64,000 nt of DNA, taken from contig OY968764.1 in NCBI GenBank assembly GCA_963695335.1, positions 32,001 through 96,000 on the forward strand, read 5' to 3'. A program made the translations under genes and the position numbers. Of the stretch, positions 31,030 through 40,109 are shown piece by piece; the stretch's first letter is position 1; every line of letters begins with the position of its first letter. The notes beneath the pieces are model-generated. The model had not been told where the DNA came from. It did no database searches and was given only the letters and a program-made list of their open reading frames with translations. This DNA comes from an uncultured bacterium. Its GTDB lineage: Bacteria; Babelota; Babeliae; Babelales; Vermiphilaceae.

Positions 31030-31058
31030 AGAAGGCCACCAATCCATGGTGGCCTTCT
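31030..31058. terminator. Hairpin/terminator
   Basis: AGAAGGCCACCA/TGGTGGCCTTCT perfect 12-bp stem. Confidence 0.7.
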
Positions 31059-31084
31059 CCCATTGCTTCATAAAATATCTTAAT

Positions 31085-31193
31085 TTATTGCGCCTCAATA
31101 AATAATTCAGGCCCTTTTTTATAAAGCTTATATTCTTGATACATGTACCAAGATAAAAAAAGCCCTGCAATAACCAAAATTTTGTTTTGTCAT
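31085..31193 (-). pseudogene. Frameshifted copy of the small membrane peptide gene at 38025-38147
   Basis: MTKQ then, after a shift, ILVIAGLFLSWYMYQEYKLYKKGPELFIEAQ*; AAAGGT RBS. Confidence 0.6.
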
Positions 31194-31211
31194 AATGATT
31201 ACCTTTCTTTT

Positions 31212-31282
31212 GCGCTCATCCTGCCGTATTCTCCGTAGCCTTTGGCGAAGGATGTAAGCTTGTCGAAGGATTTCCTTGAGCG
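31212..31282. repeat. REP-like palindromic element with nested hairpin
   Basis: GCGCTCATCCTG[...CTCCGTAGCCTTTGGCGAAGGA...]AGCTTGTCGAAGGATTTCCTTGAGCG. Confidence 0.75.
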
Positions 31283-31356
31283 TTATTGTTTTTTATATAT
31301 AAAGTTATATCCTTTCTGGAAGGTCTGGGGAAAAATTTCACTAACGTTTTAAAATT

Positions 31357-31389
31357 AAAAAGCCTCATGTTGTTACGCATGAGGTTTTT
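31357..31389 (-). terminator. Intrinsic terminator
   Basis: AAAAAGCCTCATG/CATGAGGTTTTT. Confidence 0.7.
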
Positions 31390-31412
31390 GCATTGTACAA
31401 ACTTATTTGTAT

Positions 31413-31913
31413 TTATTTTCTAAAAACTTCTTCTTTTGATTTATTATTTTTAGATTGAGTATTTTCAACATATTGTTTAAAAAGAGAACAATATTCTAGA
31501 TTTCGTGTACCAAAAATTACTGCCCCAACATTACACAATTTATCATCATAATCAGGCATTTGTTCAACATCATAACAATATATAGCATTATTCATATTTC
31601 CATGTTCTTTAATCTCTGAAAACTCATCAGAGTCAATAAAATGATGGTTTTTTGCAATTTTATCAAGCGTGCCTATTTCTTTAAATTGCTTATTCTTGAG
31701 CATTACTATTCTTGTATATTTAAATACAGGATCAGGTTGAGAATGCCACCACAGCGCATTCAAACGCCGATGTATGCTATCGCCACCAATATATGTATTC
31801 ATTCCATTCTTGAAAACAAAGTTTTTTGATTCACATGCTTCTAAAATTGTAAATGTAACACTATTCATTGCTATAAAAACTATAAGTCCAAACATCATTT
31901 GTTTTATCATCAT
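31413..31913 (-). CDS. Hypothetical secreted protein, paralog A
   Basis: AAGGA RBS; shares FxEIGTL, MNNAIYC and DYDxKLxxVGAxI with the adjacent gene. Confidence 0.75.
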   Translation of the reverse strand: MMIKQMMFGLIVFIAMNSVTFTILEACESKNFVFKNGMNTYIGGDSIHRRLNALWWHSQPDPVFKYTRIVMLKNKQFKEIGTLDKIAKNHHFIDSDEFSEIKEHGNMNNAIYCYDVEQMPDYDDKLCNVGAVIFGTRNLEYCSLFKQYVENTQSKNNKSKEEVFRK

Positions 31914-31926
31914 TGTGCATCCTTTT

Positions 31927-32493
31927 TTATTTTTTTGTAGCAAGTTTTTGTTGTGCCAAATATTCTCTATAAAAAGCACATCGTTCTAAATTTTGAGTAC
32001 GATAAATTATTGCTCCAACATGATGCAACTTACCGTCGTAATCTGCCACTTGCGCAACGTTAGGACAATAGATAGCATTATTCATCCCTGCATGTTTTTC
32101 AAACTTAGCCACAACCGCTGGCTTATTGGGTGCTTGGCGATTTTTAGCTGATCCACGAGGAATTGCCATATTTCTAATCACCTCTAATTCCCTACTTCTT
32201 TCACGATTACTTTTCTCAAGTGAACCAAGAGTACCAATTTCCTGAAATTCATTATCTTTAGTAAATTCTACTACTTTTGTATCTTTAAACACAGGTGTAG
32301 GTCTTGCTTGTAAACGCTCAAAATTTAAATATGACCACAAATCATTACCCTCAATAACAGTAGGAACTCCACTAAAAAATACAAAATCCTTTTCCAAAGA
32401 AGATGCCACTGCTTCTATAGGACTCTCAGATGGCATACAGCTACCAGTTACCATGAAAATCATACTCATAAACATCATTTGTTTTGTTATCAT
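31927..32493 (-). CDS. Hypothetical secreted protein, paralog B
   Basis: AGGAG RBS; same shared motifs. Confidence 0.75.
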   Translation of the reverse strand: MITKQMMFMSMIFMVTGSCMPSESPIEAVASSLEKDFVFFSGVPTVIEGNDLWSYLNFERLQARPTPVFKDTKVVEFTKDNEFQEIGTLGSLEKSNRERSRELEVIRNMAIPRGSAKNRQAPNKPAVVAKFEKHAGMNNAIYCPNVAQVADYDGKLHHVGAIIYRTQNLERCAFYREYLAQQKLATKK

Positions 32494-32527
32494 TATATAT
32501 CTCCTTTTAACAATTATTATTATTTTA

Positions 32528-33502
32528 CTATTTTGTTGAATCTTCAAGTTTTCTTAAATTCTCTTTTGTCTTTTCTCTCAAATTATCAATTACTGCATCA
32601 TATTCCTTTCTTGATTTTTTCACTTCTTCTGATGCTCCAAGAACCCCATCTCCATGACGTAAATCAAGTCCTCTTACATGATCATATATATGAAGCTGCA
32701 CAATATAATCCTTCAGCTGTTCTATATACTGTTGTTTTAATATCCTATTCTGCTCAAAACCCAACAACATCTGCACAATCATATGCACCGTTGCAAGCGT
32801 CAAACACGCAGCTCCACCAACAACAGCACATGCTACTTTATTTCTTTCAAACCAATTTTTTTTAATTTCATCGCTTTCAATCTGATCTTGCAAAGATTTC
32901 TTCAAAGAAACAGAAACAATATTCTCTCCAAATCGCTCTTTTACATCTTCTGATAATTGCCCTTTATTACATGCAGATGTACCAATCACCAAAACATCTG
33001 GATACTGTCTACATTGATCAATCAGCATCCACAATGTTGATGCAAGTAATCCGGAATAATCTGCCATTTCAGGTAATTCTGTGATAATCAAAGCAAGTGG
33101 TTTACCTCTTTTAATAATAGGACGCACTTCATTAAGTAACATTTGGCGCCCTTCACGATACTCTTTTAAAAGCGCTGACGCTTCGATCACGTAATAATCA
33201 TACCCACAACGTAACGCTATTGATTTTGCAATGGCTGTTGTGCTTGCGTTACTCGTTCCCCCCAATAAAAGCAAAGACTGTGGCGCTGCATCTGCATCAG
33301 ATGGATACAATAAGTCTTTAATGTTTTTTTTCACCGCGGCTGGTGAATGCTTTAACACTTCTTCTACCAAATTTTCATCAAAAGAATCTTCATAACTAAA
33401 CCGACCAATACGCTTGGATTTATCCGCAATCCCATGCTTTTCAGCTTCCGCGTATACTAAAGAACTGATACATACCAATACAGCACATACGTGATGTTTC
33501 AT
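32528..33502 (-). CDS. Signal-peptide AAA+ paralog with degenerate Walker motifs (pseudo-ATPase), C-terminal TM + coiled coil
   Basis: Aligns by eye with 36572-37942 (RIGRFS.ED.FDE, CGYDYY.xEA, LW.LxD.C.QY); Walker A is GGTSNAST, Walker B is IITE. Confidence 0.75.
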   Translation of the reverse strand: MKHHVCAVLVCISSLVYAEAEKHGIADKSKRIGRFSYEDSFDENLVEEVLKHSPAAVKKNIKDLLYPSDADAAPQSLLLLGGTSNASTTAIAKSIALRCGYDYYVIEASALLKEYREGRQMLLNEVRPIIKRGKPLALIITELPEMADYSGLLASTLWMLIDQCRQYPDVLVIGTSACNKGQLSEDVKERFGENIVSVSLKKSLQDQIESDEIKKNWFERNKVACAVVGGAACLTLATVHMIVQMLLGFEQNRILKQQYIEQLKDYIVQLHIYDHVRGLDLRHGDGVLGASEEVKKSRKEYDAVIDNLREKTKENLRKLEDSTK

Positions 33503-33519
33503 AAAAAATCCTAAAAAAC

Positions 33520-33900
33520 TTATTCTGTTGTTTCTATAATAAATTGATCATTCTGATGCTTAATAACTACTTCTTTTGATTTTTTCTTACATACTTTTTC
33601 CTCCCAATCCGTAAGTATTTGTACAAACTGCTCTCGTGTCATTTTTAATACAGTTGGTATCTCTTCTTCTGAAAACAAATCTGTTAATAATATATAACCA
33701 TTTTCTTTTTCCAATGCCGTCAAGTTGCTACATGTATATTGTTCATTGTCATTGAGTGCATACTCTATAAAAGAGGATGGATAATAACGAGCATCACAGG
33801 CTAAAAAATTTCCAAGAATATTCATTTCTATATTGGATGCATCATCATAGGCATAACCACTGAAAGGCAACTCATTGCGTATTAATTTAATAAATTCCAT
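33520..33900 (-). CDS. Small acidic cytoplasmic protein, putative orphan immunity protein
   Basis: 126 aa, no signal peptide; ATG directly abuts the stop of a toxin-tip remnant. Confidence 0.55.
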   Translation of the reverse strand: MEFIKLIRNELPFSGYAYDDASNIEMNILGNFLACDARYYPSSFIEYALNDNEQYTCSNLTALEKENGYILLTDLFSEEEIPTVLKMTREQFVQILTDWEEKVCKKKSKEVVIKHQNDQFIIETTE

Positions 33901-33942
33901 CTATATTCCTGTTTTCACAATTGGATAAGCTGTAATTTTAGC
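33901..33942 (-). pseudogene. Remnant of a toxin C-terminus (AKITAYPIVKTGI*)
   Basis: ITAYP resembles the C-terminal motif of bacterial EndoU-type toxin tips; located immediately before an immunity-like gene. Confidence 0.5.
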
Positions 33943-33962
33943 TTATCTTTCATGTCTCTTCT

Positions 33963-34292
33963 TTAAAAACTGTATTCTCCACTTTTTATTTTTGGAAAAT
34001 AATATTTTTTTGCTTCTTCGAAATTATCAAAATCTCTCACAAATCGGAATAATTGCTCCGGAAGATTAATATCTTCTTCACAAACTAAAGACATTAAACT
34101 TCTCTGAATTTTATCTAAAACCATAAAATACCAATTAGCTTGTTCCATGGTTTCACACATTTTTATTTGAGAAAATATATACCGAACATTTTGATGCAAT
34201 AAAATTAATCTTTGATTTAAATGTTTTCCAAATTCGTTAATTTGATTTAAATCTTTTTCTATTTCACTTAAAGAAATAAACAAATCTTCCAT
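33963..34292 (-). CDS. Small helical cytoplasmic protein, putative cognate immunity protein
   Basis: Starts 12 nt after the toxin stop with AAAGGA RBS; no signal peptide. Confidence 0.55.
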   Translation of the reverse strand: MEDLFISLSEIEKDLNQINEFGKHLNQRLILLHQNVRYIFSQIKMCETMEQANWYFMVLDKIQRSLMSLVCEEDINLPEQLFRFVRDFDNFEEAKKYYFPKIKSGEYSF

Positions 34293-34304
34293 AATCAATT
34301 TCCT

Positions 34305-36527
34305 TTATACAAGTTTCTGTTTAGATTTAGATATTGGAGATAAATGAGCTACCACTTTTGTAGATGGATTAAAAATCATTTCCCAATCATTATGTATATA
34401 CTTAAAAAAACCTTCATACCCTCGCGGATCTGGCACAATAGTTGTAGCTCCCCGCAGTACTGACTCTGCCCTAAAGCCAGGACATCTTCTTCCATTATTC
34501 CAAAGTTTATCATAATAAAATTGAGTAAACTTAAATCCATTAACTTCATAATAAGTCTCTTTTAAAGCACCACTAATATTATCTTTAGCTGCTGCAGCAA
34601 TTTTAGCGTTAGCACTTTCCATCTTCTCCATCAAGCAAGCAACTTCTTCAGCGCATCGTACTGGCACACCTTCAGCAGTCACAGCAACTTCTGCAGATTC
34701 TCCGCCTTTACGCATACAACTTACAAAGGTTGGTAAACTTTCTGTGGTAATCGCAGATACCACTTTGGTTACACCATGCAGCAACATCATATCAACAACT
34801 GCTTTTGTACCAACACGCGCAACATCTTCCGTTACATTATTTTTCTGCGCATATTCGTAAATAGCTACTAACGTTTGAGGATCTATCGCGTATTGCCCTA
34901 TCATCTGTTCATATTGCTTTGGATCTGTTTCTAAAAGATCTGTTGCTGCTTCTAAGACACAACTTGCGTACGCAAGTTTACCCAAACAATACCCTGCAAC
35001 AACAAATGATTGCACCACATCTTGTGCCGCTTCAACAGGATGACACACTGCATGCACTGCACCATGTAATGATTCACACACACCATCGCATGCTCCTTTT
35101 GCAATCAGTGGTACATGCGTTGATAATGCTGAATACGTATACTGCGCAGCGTCTTTGGCAAAATCAATTAACGACCAACATGCATCGAGCGTGCGTGATG
35201 CCATCACAACATCACCATTTTTATTTAAACTCAATGATGCATTTGCAAAATCAACAACTGCACCTTGCATATTTCCAACCAAATCACCACTCACAACAGC
35301 ATCAACAACTGTAATTGCTTCATCAACCAAATGGTGTTGTAGATGATTACCGTCAAGCAGTATTCCTTTACGATCTGACGTCAAATGATCTGCAGCAAGA
35401 TAATTCGCCTGTAACGCATTAACTTTGTGAATTTGTTTAACAGATTGTGAGTTAATAATTGTACGTGTAGCAGCATCATAACGCTGTTGCACCGTATCAA
35501 AATGTGATTTTTGTAAAATGTGATTTGTACATTCTGATTGCACAACCGCAGCTTTTTGTTGCGCTTCTTTTTCTTGCCTGTCCTTCGTAGCTTTAGCGGA
35601 GTAGGGAGCAAGGCGCTTTTGCTCCATGTTTGCATTATAAGCATTATGCGCCTGCTCAACTTTTTGCCGCAACGCAGGATAGTGCTCAAAAACTGATGTT
35701 GTATCAACTTTTTTTCCAATCAATCTTCTTGATACAACCGTTGTAACAGATTCATTACCTACAGTACGTGCTTTTTCAATATCACCTTCATGCAATGCTT
35801 TATACACAGTGCCAAGATTACTATGCACCGATGCTGCACTACGCAATTCTTTATCCCTCATACTGCTTTCAACATTATGCCCATCATAATACTTCCAATT
35901 AATATCTGACTTTACTTGCTGCATCAAAGGATTATTTTTCGTACAATCATCATACAAACGCTGGGCAGAACCTGGATAAAATTCTTTCAAAAAATTGGCA
36001 TACGCATGTATCAATGCAATTTGATCTTTACAAGAAAGATTCTCACAAAAACTATTATTTGCACCATTAAACAAAATAGTTTCCATGCGTGTGCAATATG
36101 TTTCCAAACGATCAGTAAATCTTGGTATCAGTAATGCATCTGATGATATAAATTGAGATAAATCATGTAAGCACTGACGCAAACCATGAGAAAAAATATA
36201 TCCCGGTAATGCACAGTAATGCTCAGCAATAGCGCTATAATACATAAGCGGTGTCACAACATTACCAAAGTATTGTTGTAATTGTGGCGATGCTTGATAT
36301 AAAAGAGGATTGCAATAAATTGGAACTTTTGTAGCAGAATAATCAGGAATTGTTATCACGTTTGCTGAAAAGTGCCTGTTATGTGATGATTGTGCATTTT
36401 GATCAACATGCACTTCAACATGCGGCAGATTATTTTTATTATTTGCATCGCATGAAAATTCATAAGAAAATAGAGCGCAGCATTGCATCAATATAGCGCT
36501 TACAAGAAAACTATTTTTTAACTTCAC
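34305..36527 (-). CDS. Secreted 740-aa protein, putative polymorphic toxin
   Basis: GTG start, signal peptide, hydrophobic/Ala-Gly-rich helical pre-toxin region, linker AVTAEGVPV, distinct ~85-aa tip ending WEMIFNPSTKVVAHLSP, followed by small ORFs. Confidence 0.65.
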   Translation of the reverse strand: MKLKNSFLVSAILMQCCALFSYEFSCDANNKNNLPHVEVHVDQNAQSSHNRHFSANVITIPDYSATKVPIYCNPLLYQASPQLQQYFGNVVTPLMYYSAIAEHYCALPGYIFSHGLRQCLHDLSQFISSDALLIPRFTDRLETYCTRMETILFNGANNSFCENLSCKDQIALIHAYANFLKEFYPGSAQRLYDDCTKNNPLMQQVKSDINWKYYDGHNVESSMRDKELRSAASVHSNLGTVYKALHEGDIEKARTVGNESVTTVVSRRLIGKKVDTTSVFEHYPALRQKVEQAHNAYNANMEQKRLAPYSAKATKDRQEKEAQQKAAVVQSECTNHILQKSHFDTVQQRYDAATRTIINSQSVKQIHKVNALQANYLAADHLTSDRKGILLDGNHLQHHLVDEAITVVDAVVSGDLVGNMQGAVVDFANASLSLNKNGDVVMASRTLDACWSLIDFAKDAAQYTYSALSTHVPLIAKGACDGVCESLHGAVHAVCHPVEAAQDVVQSFVVAGYCLGKLAYASCVLEAATDLLETDPKQYEQMIGQYAIDPQTLVAIYEYAQKNNVTEDVARVGTKAVVDMMLLHGVTKVVSAITTESLPTFVSCMRKGGESAEVAVTAEGVPVRCAEEVACLMEKMESANAKIAAAAKDNISGALKETYYEVNGFKFTQFYYDKLWNNGRRCPGFRAESVLRGATTIVPDPRGYEGFFKYIHNDWEMIFNPSTKVVAHLSPISKSKQKLV
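35577..35606. repeat. 30-nt palindromic element inserted in frame in the toxin gene
   Basis: CCTGTCCTTCGTAGCTTTAGCGGAGTAGGG encodes PYSAKATKDR; related to the nested hairpins near 31225, 45346 and 54721. Confidence 0.7.
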
Positions 36528-36571
36528 TTTTTTTTGCTTTCTTTTTCACTCAAAAAAATTATTTTTATTCA

Positions 36572-37942
36572 TTAATCCCAGCCTCTATCCTTAGTCTTCC
36601 TATTACTCATAGCTTGCGATACTTGAACTGCAGTTGAAAGCATAGCAAGTTTTGCTGAGTCTTTTTGGACAGCATGAGATTGTTGATGCGCTTGTTTTTG
36701 AAATTCAAATGCATCTTTTTGACAATCTAATCCATCTTTTTGGTAACCTAATCCTGTCTGTTGAAGTACATATGATAATTTCTGCAACATAAGTGATTCA
36801 TCAGAATTTTTCTTCTGCCATGATGCAACATACATAGAATGAATCAACCCAATCGTTTGTAAAATAATAGGGAATGCCGTTTTAAAGAATGGCTGCAGAT
36901 GTGGTTCAATTTTTTCATAAATAATCACAGGGTGATAAAAAGATTTCCACAGCGCAAGCGCTCTTTCAAAATCTTTACATGTCACAGTATAACGCCGCGG
37001 AGTTCGGACATTGGCAAATTGTATTGCTTTACATACCAATTTTTCAATTTCTCGCGCAGATCTACCGCCAGTTTTTTTAACAAGATAATCCAAAAACTTT
37101 GCATCAATTGCATGCCGTTCATCTTTTAAAAAATGTTGTAACATACGCTTACGTGCAACACTGTTGGGCATATCAATCGTGATAATATCTTCATCAAAAC
37201 GGCTTTGCAGTTGTGCTGGTAAATCTTTTTTTGATTTGTTGGATGTACCAATAAAAAAAACGTTATCATACTGAGCACATGAATCTAATAAAATCCACAA
37301 CGCAGCAGCAACGGTAGCATCAGAATCATTCTCTTTTTTATATTTATCAGTTAATTCCGTCAGCTCATCAAGAATAACAACCACCTTTTTGCCAGATTCC
37401 AAAAGAGGATATATTTCCCGTAACAAATTTTGCGGACCAGAATTTTTATATTCATTCAACAAAAAAGGCGCTTCAACAATGTAATAATCATACCCACATT
37501 TAATTGCAATCGCTTTTGCAAGCGTTGTTTTTCCTGTGCCAGGTTTGCCCACAAGCAAAAGCCGCTTGGGTAAAGCGGCTTTGTTTTTAGGAGGATACAA
37601 TAAGTTTATAATAATTTTTTTAATTGCAGCAGGAGCCGCCGCAAGTGCATTATTCACACAATCTTCATCAAAACAATCTTCATCGCTGAAGCGCCCAATT
37701 CTTTGGTAATTAACACCACCATTGTTATAGATATTATTTTGATATGACATATTATCAGGAACATGCAAAGGGCTAAATCCGTATGGCGCCTGAGAAATAT
37801 ACTCCTGTGAGGAAAAATAATCTAATGCAGATTTAAAAAGTGTAACATCAACAACATTATCATCTGTGCAAGGTTGTTCATCTTGAGCAAAAAAACAAAA
37901 ATAACTACAGAATATAAAAATAAGAGAGGTATATTTCTTCAT
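36572..37942 (-). CDS. AAA+ ATPase (classic AAA clade) with N-terminal signal peptide and C-terminal hydrophobic/coiled-coil tail
   Basis: Walker A GKPGTGKT, pore loop LLNEYKNSG, Walker B VILDE, SRH GTSN...LQSRF, lid MPNSVAR...GGRSAREIEKL. Confidence 0.9.
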   Translation of the reverse strand: MKKYTSLIFIFCSYFCFFAQDEQPCTDDNVVDVTLFKSALDYFSSQEYISQAPYGFSPLHVPDNMSYQNNIYNNGGVNYQRIGRFSDEDCFDEDCVNNALAAAPAAIKKIIINLLYPPKNKAALPKRLLLVGKPGTGKTTLAKAIAIKCGYDYYIVEAPFLLNEYKNSGPQNLLREIYPLLESGKKVVVILDELTELTDKYKKENDSDATVAAALWILLDSCAQYDNVFFIGTSNKSKKDLPAQLQSRFDEDIITIDMPNSVARKRMLQHFLKDERHAIDAKFLDYLVKKTGGRSAREIEKLVCKAIQFANVRTPRRYTVTCKDFERALALWKSFYHPVIIYEKIEPHLQPFFKTAFPIILQTIGLIHSMYVASWQKKNSDESLMLQKLSYVLQQTGLGYQKDGLDCQKDAFEFQKQAHQQSHAVQKDSAKLAMLSTAVQVSQAMSNRKTKDRGWD

Positions 37943-38024
37943 TGCATACTTTCACTTTTGTGATCAAATTCACACTAGTATACTATAAAAAAACAACCTC
38001 TCAATTAAAAATTAAAGTATAATT

Positions 38025-38147
38025 TTATTCTGCTTCAATAAAAAATTTGAAACCATTGTGATATTGCTTATATTCTTGATACATGTACCACACTAAAAAT
38101 ATCCCTACAACAACCAAAAATATTGTTACAAAAGATTGCTTTGTCAT
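38025..38147 (-). CDS. 40-aa single-TM peptide
   Basis: MTKQSFVTIFLVVVGIFLVWYMYQEYKQYHNGFKFFIEAE*, GGGGGA RBS, paralog at 31085-31193. Confidence 0.6.
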   Translation of the reverse strand: MTKQSFVTIFLVVVGIFLVWYMYQEYKQYHNGFKFFIEAE

Positions 38148-38164
38148 ATTCTATCCCCCACTTT

Positions 38165-40090
38165 TTACTTAAAAGCTTCTTCCATTTCTAATTCAACCAA
38201 CAGCTCTTCACACGCTTTATATGCAACAGAATTTTTTTCAAACTTCTGCATTGCATCTTTAACTGCTTTTACTTTTTCATCATGTTTTTTTTCATATACA
38301 CCCCATATAAGTGATGTATGATAAAACAGTGATGATCGCAACTCTTTTATTTTTTGTTGTATCTCGTTTTCAACAATATCCCCAAACAATTCAAATGGAA
38401 GGAATATTTTAACAACCTGCTGCACATCAGCAGGTAATGTTATAAATATTTGATAATCAAGATCTTTAACATCTAATACCACCGGCACATTATTAATTTT
38501 TGCCAAGTATAAACGATACAACAAACGTGCTTGCGCAATGTTCAATTGTTTTGCGATGGTATGAAGCGTTTCTTTCTCAATTAATTTAAACAACATAAGA
38601 CCATCGCTACCTCCACATAAAAGTGAATGCCCATCGGGACTAAAAGCTACACAATGTACATCATACATACCATCAAATTTTTTAATCGATTTGCCTGTCT
38701 TACAATCAAACATCAATATCTTAACATACTGATCATGGCTTCTGGTGTACCCCACAACTATATAATCATTTGATGGATGAAATGCTACACATGTTATACG
38801 ACCTTCAGTTACAAATTTTTTTACTTTATCACCCGTTTCAGCATTCCACAAAATTAATTCCAAAGTGCCTCCAACCAGATGTTTACCATCAGTGCTGAAT
38901 GCTATACAAGGTGTTCCGTCATCCAACCCCACAAATGGCCTTATTTTTTTGTATGTTTTACAATCATAAAGAACCACATTCTGTAATATAGGAAAGTTTG
39001 TTACTACAACGACATCATCACTATATGGCCTACAAGCTACACACCTCATATCTTCTACATAATCTTCAAATGAACCTTTTAATCTATCAAACCGAATACT
39101 TTTCTCTTTATATGTTGAAACTGTTTTACCTGTCTTTACATCATATAAAATAGGTTTATAACTATGCCGAAACCATGATCCAGCAAGAATAGAATTGCCA
39201 TCAGAACTAAATGTTACACAACTCACCGGTCTACCTTCACCAAATATTCTGATCCGTTCACCAGTGATGGCATCAAACAAAATAAGAGTATCAAACGCTC
39301 TGTATGCACCCGCAACAACATAGTTACCATCAGGGCTAAATGTCACACAAGGCTCTGGAAAAGATATTTCAACCAAGTTTTTTATAACCTTACGATTTTT
39401 AAAATCATACAAAATAAGATTATGATCAATACCTGCCGCTGCAGAAATGATACGATTGCCATCAGGACTAAATGCCACCTGTCTCACCATTCCTTTGTGA
39501 GGGAGAGCAATTTTTTCTGGATTTTGCAAATATGCAACAACCGGAGCAATAATGCCCGCTTGCTGCAACACGGTTGCCCCCATCTGTTGTTGCACTTCTA
39601 TGGGAAACATATAGGTCATGAGTAATGATGCTAAACCTTGCATTTCTAAAGTAAATGCATCTGCAAGGAGAGATTTTTGTTGAGGCCCAGATAATGAAAT
39701 ATAAAACTCTCGAAATATTTTCAGATTGCTGGCTTTATGCAAAGCTTCTTGAAGTAATGCCAGTTGTTTACTCGTTATCATTGATACATTAATTGGATTA
39801 TCTTTGCTATTGCTACCCTTTTGATGCACAAAAAAGACCTGCAACACTTTTGATTGATCAATCTGCCATTGTGGCACTTCTAACAACATTCCATCAGATG
39901 TTTGTACCCACACAATATCACTTTTATAACGCGCGGACTGTTCTTGTGTTTGTAACACGGGAGCTCCACGGCGACGGCTCTTTAAGGTAAACTTGAATGG
40001 TTCCATGCAATGCAACAAAACACCAAACCATAATACTGATAACAAAACAGCTGCCCCAACCGCAGCACTTAACTTCTTTGTATGCTTCAT
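38165..40090 (-). CDS. Secreted Skp1/POZ-like + WD40 repeat protein (divergent repeats)
   Basis: GGGGGT RBS, signal peptide, [11 protein letters not shown]...QSKVL...LEMQGL, repeated VAFSPDG/ILYD. Confidence 0.85.
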   Translation of the reverse strand: MKHTKKLSAAVGAAVLLSVLWFGVLLHCMEPFKFTLKSRRRGAPVLQTQEQSARYKSDIVWVQTSDGMLLEVPQWQIDQSKVLQVFFVHQKGSNSKDNPINVSMITSKQLALLQEALHKASNLKIFREFYISLSGPQQKSLLADAFTLEMQGLASLLMTYMFPIEVQQQMGATVLQQAGIIAPVVAYLQNPEKIALPHKGMVRQVAFSPDGNRIISAAAGIDHNLILYDFKNRKVIKNLVEISFPEPCVTFSPDGNYVVAGAYRAFDTLILFDAITGERIRIFGEGRPVSCVTFSSDGNSILAGSWFRHSYKPILYDVKTGKTVSTYKEKSIRFDRLKGSFEDYVEDMRCVACRPYSDDVVVVTNFPILQNVVLYDCKTYKKIRPFVGLDDGTPCIAFSTDGKHLVGGTLELILWNAETGDKVKKFVTEGRITCVAFHPSNDYIVVGYTRSHDQYVKILMFDCKTGKSIKKFDGMYDVHCVAFSPDGHSLLCGGSDGLMLFKLIEKETLHTIAKQLNIAQARLLYRLYLAKINNVPVVLDVKDLDYQIFITLPADVQQVVKIFLPFELFGDIVENEIQQKIKELRSSLFYHTSLIWGVYEKKHDEKVKAVKDAMQKFEKNSVAYKACEELLVELEMEEAFK

Positions 40091-40109
40091 TCCTACCCCC
40101 CTAATTATT

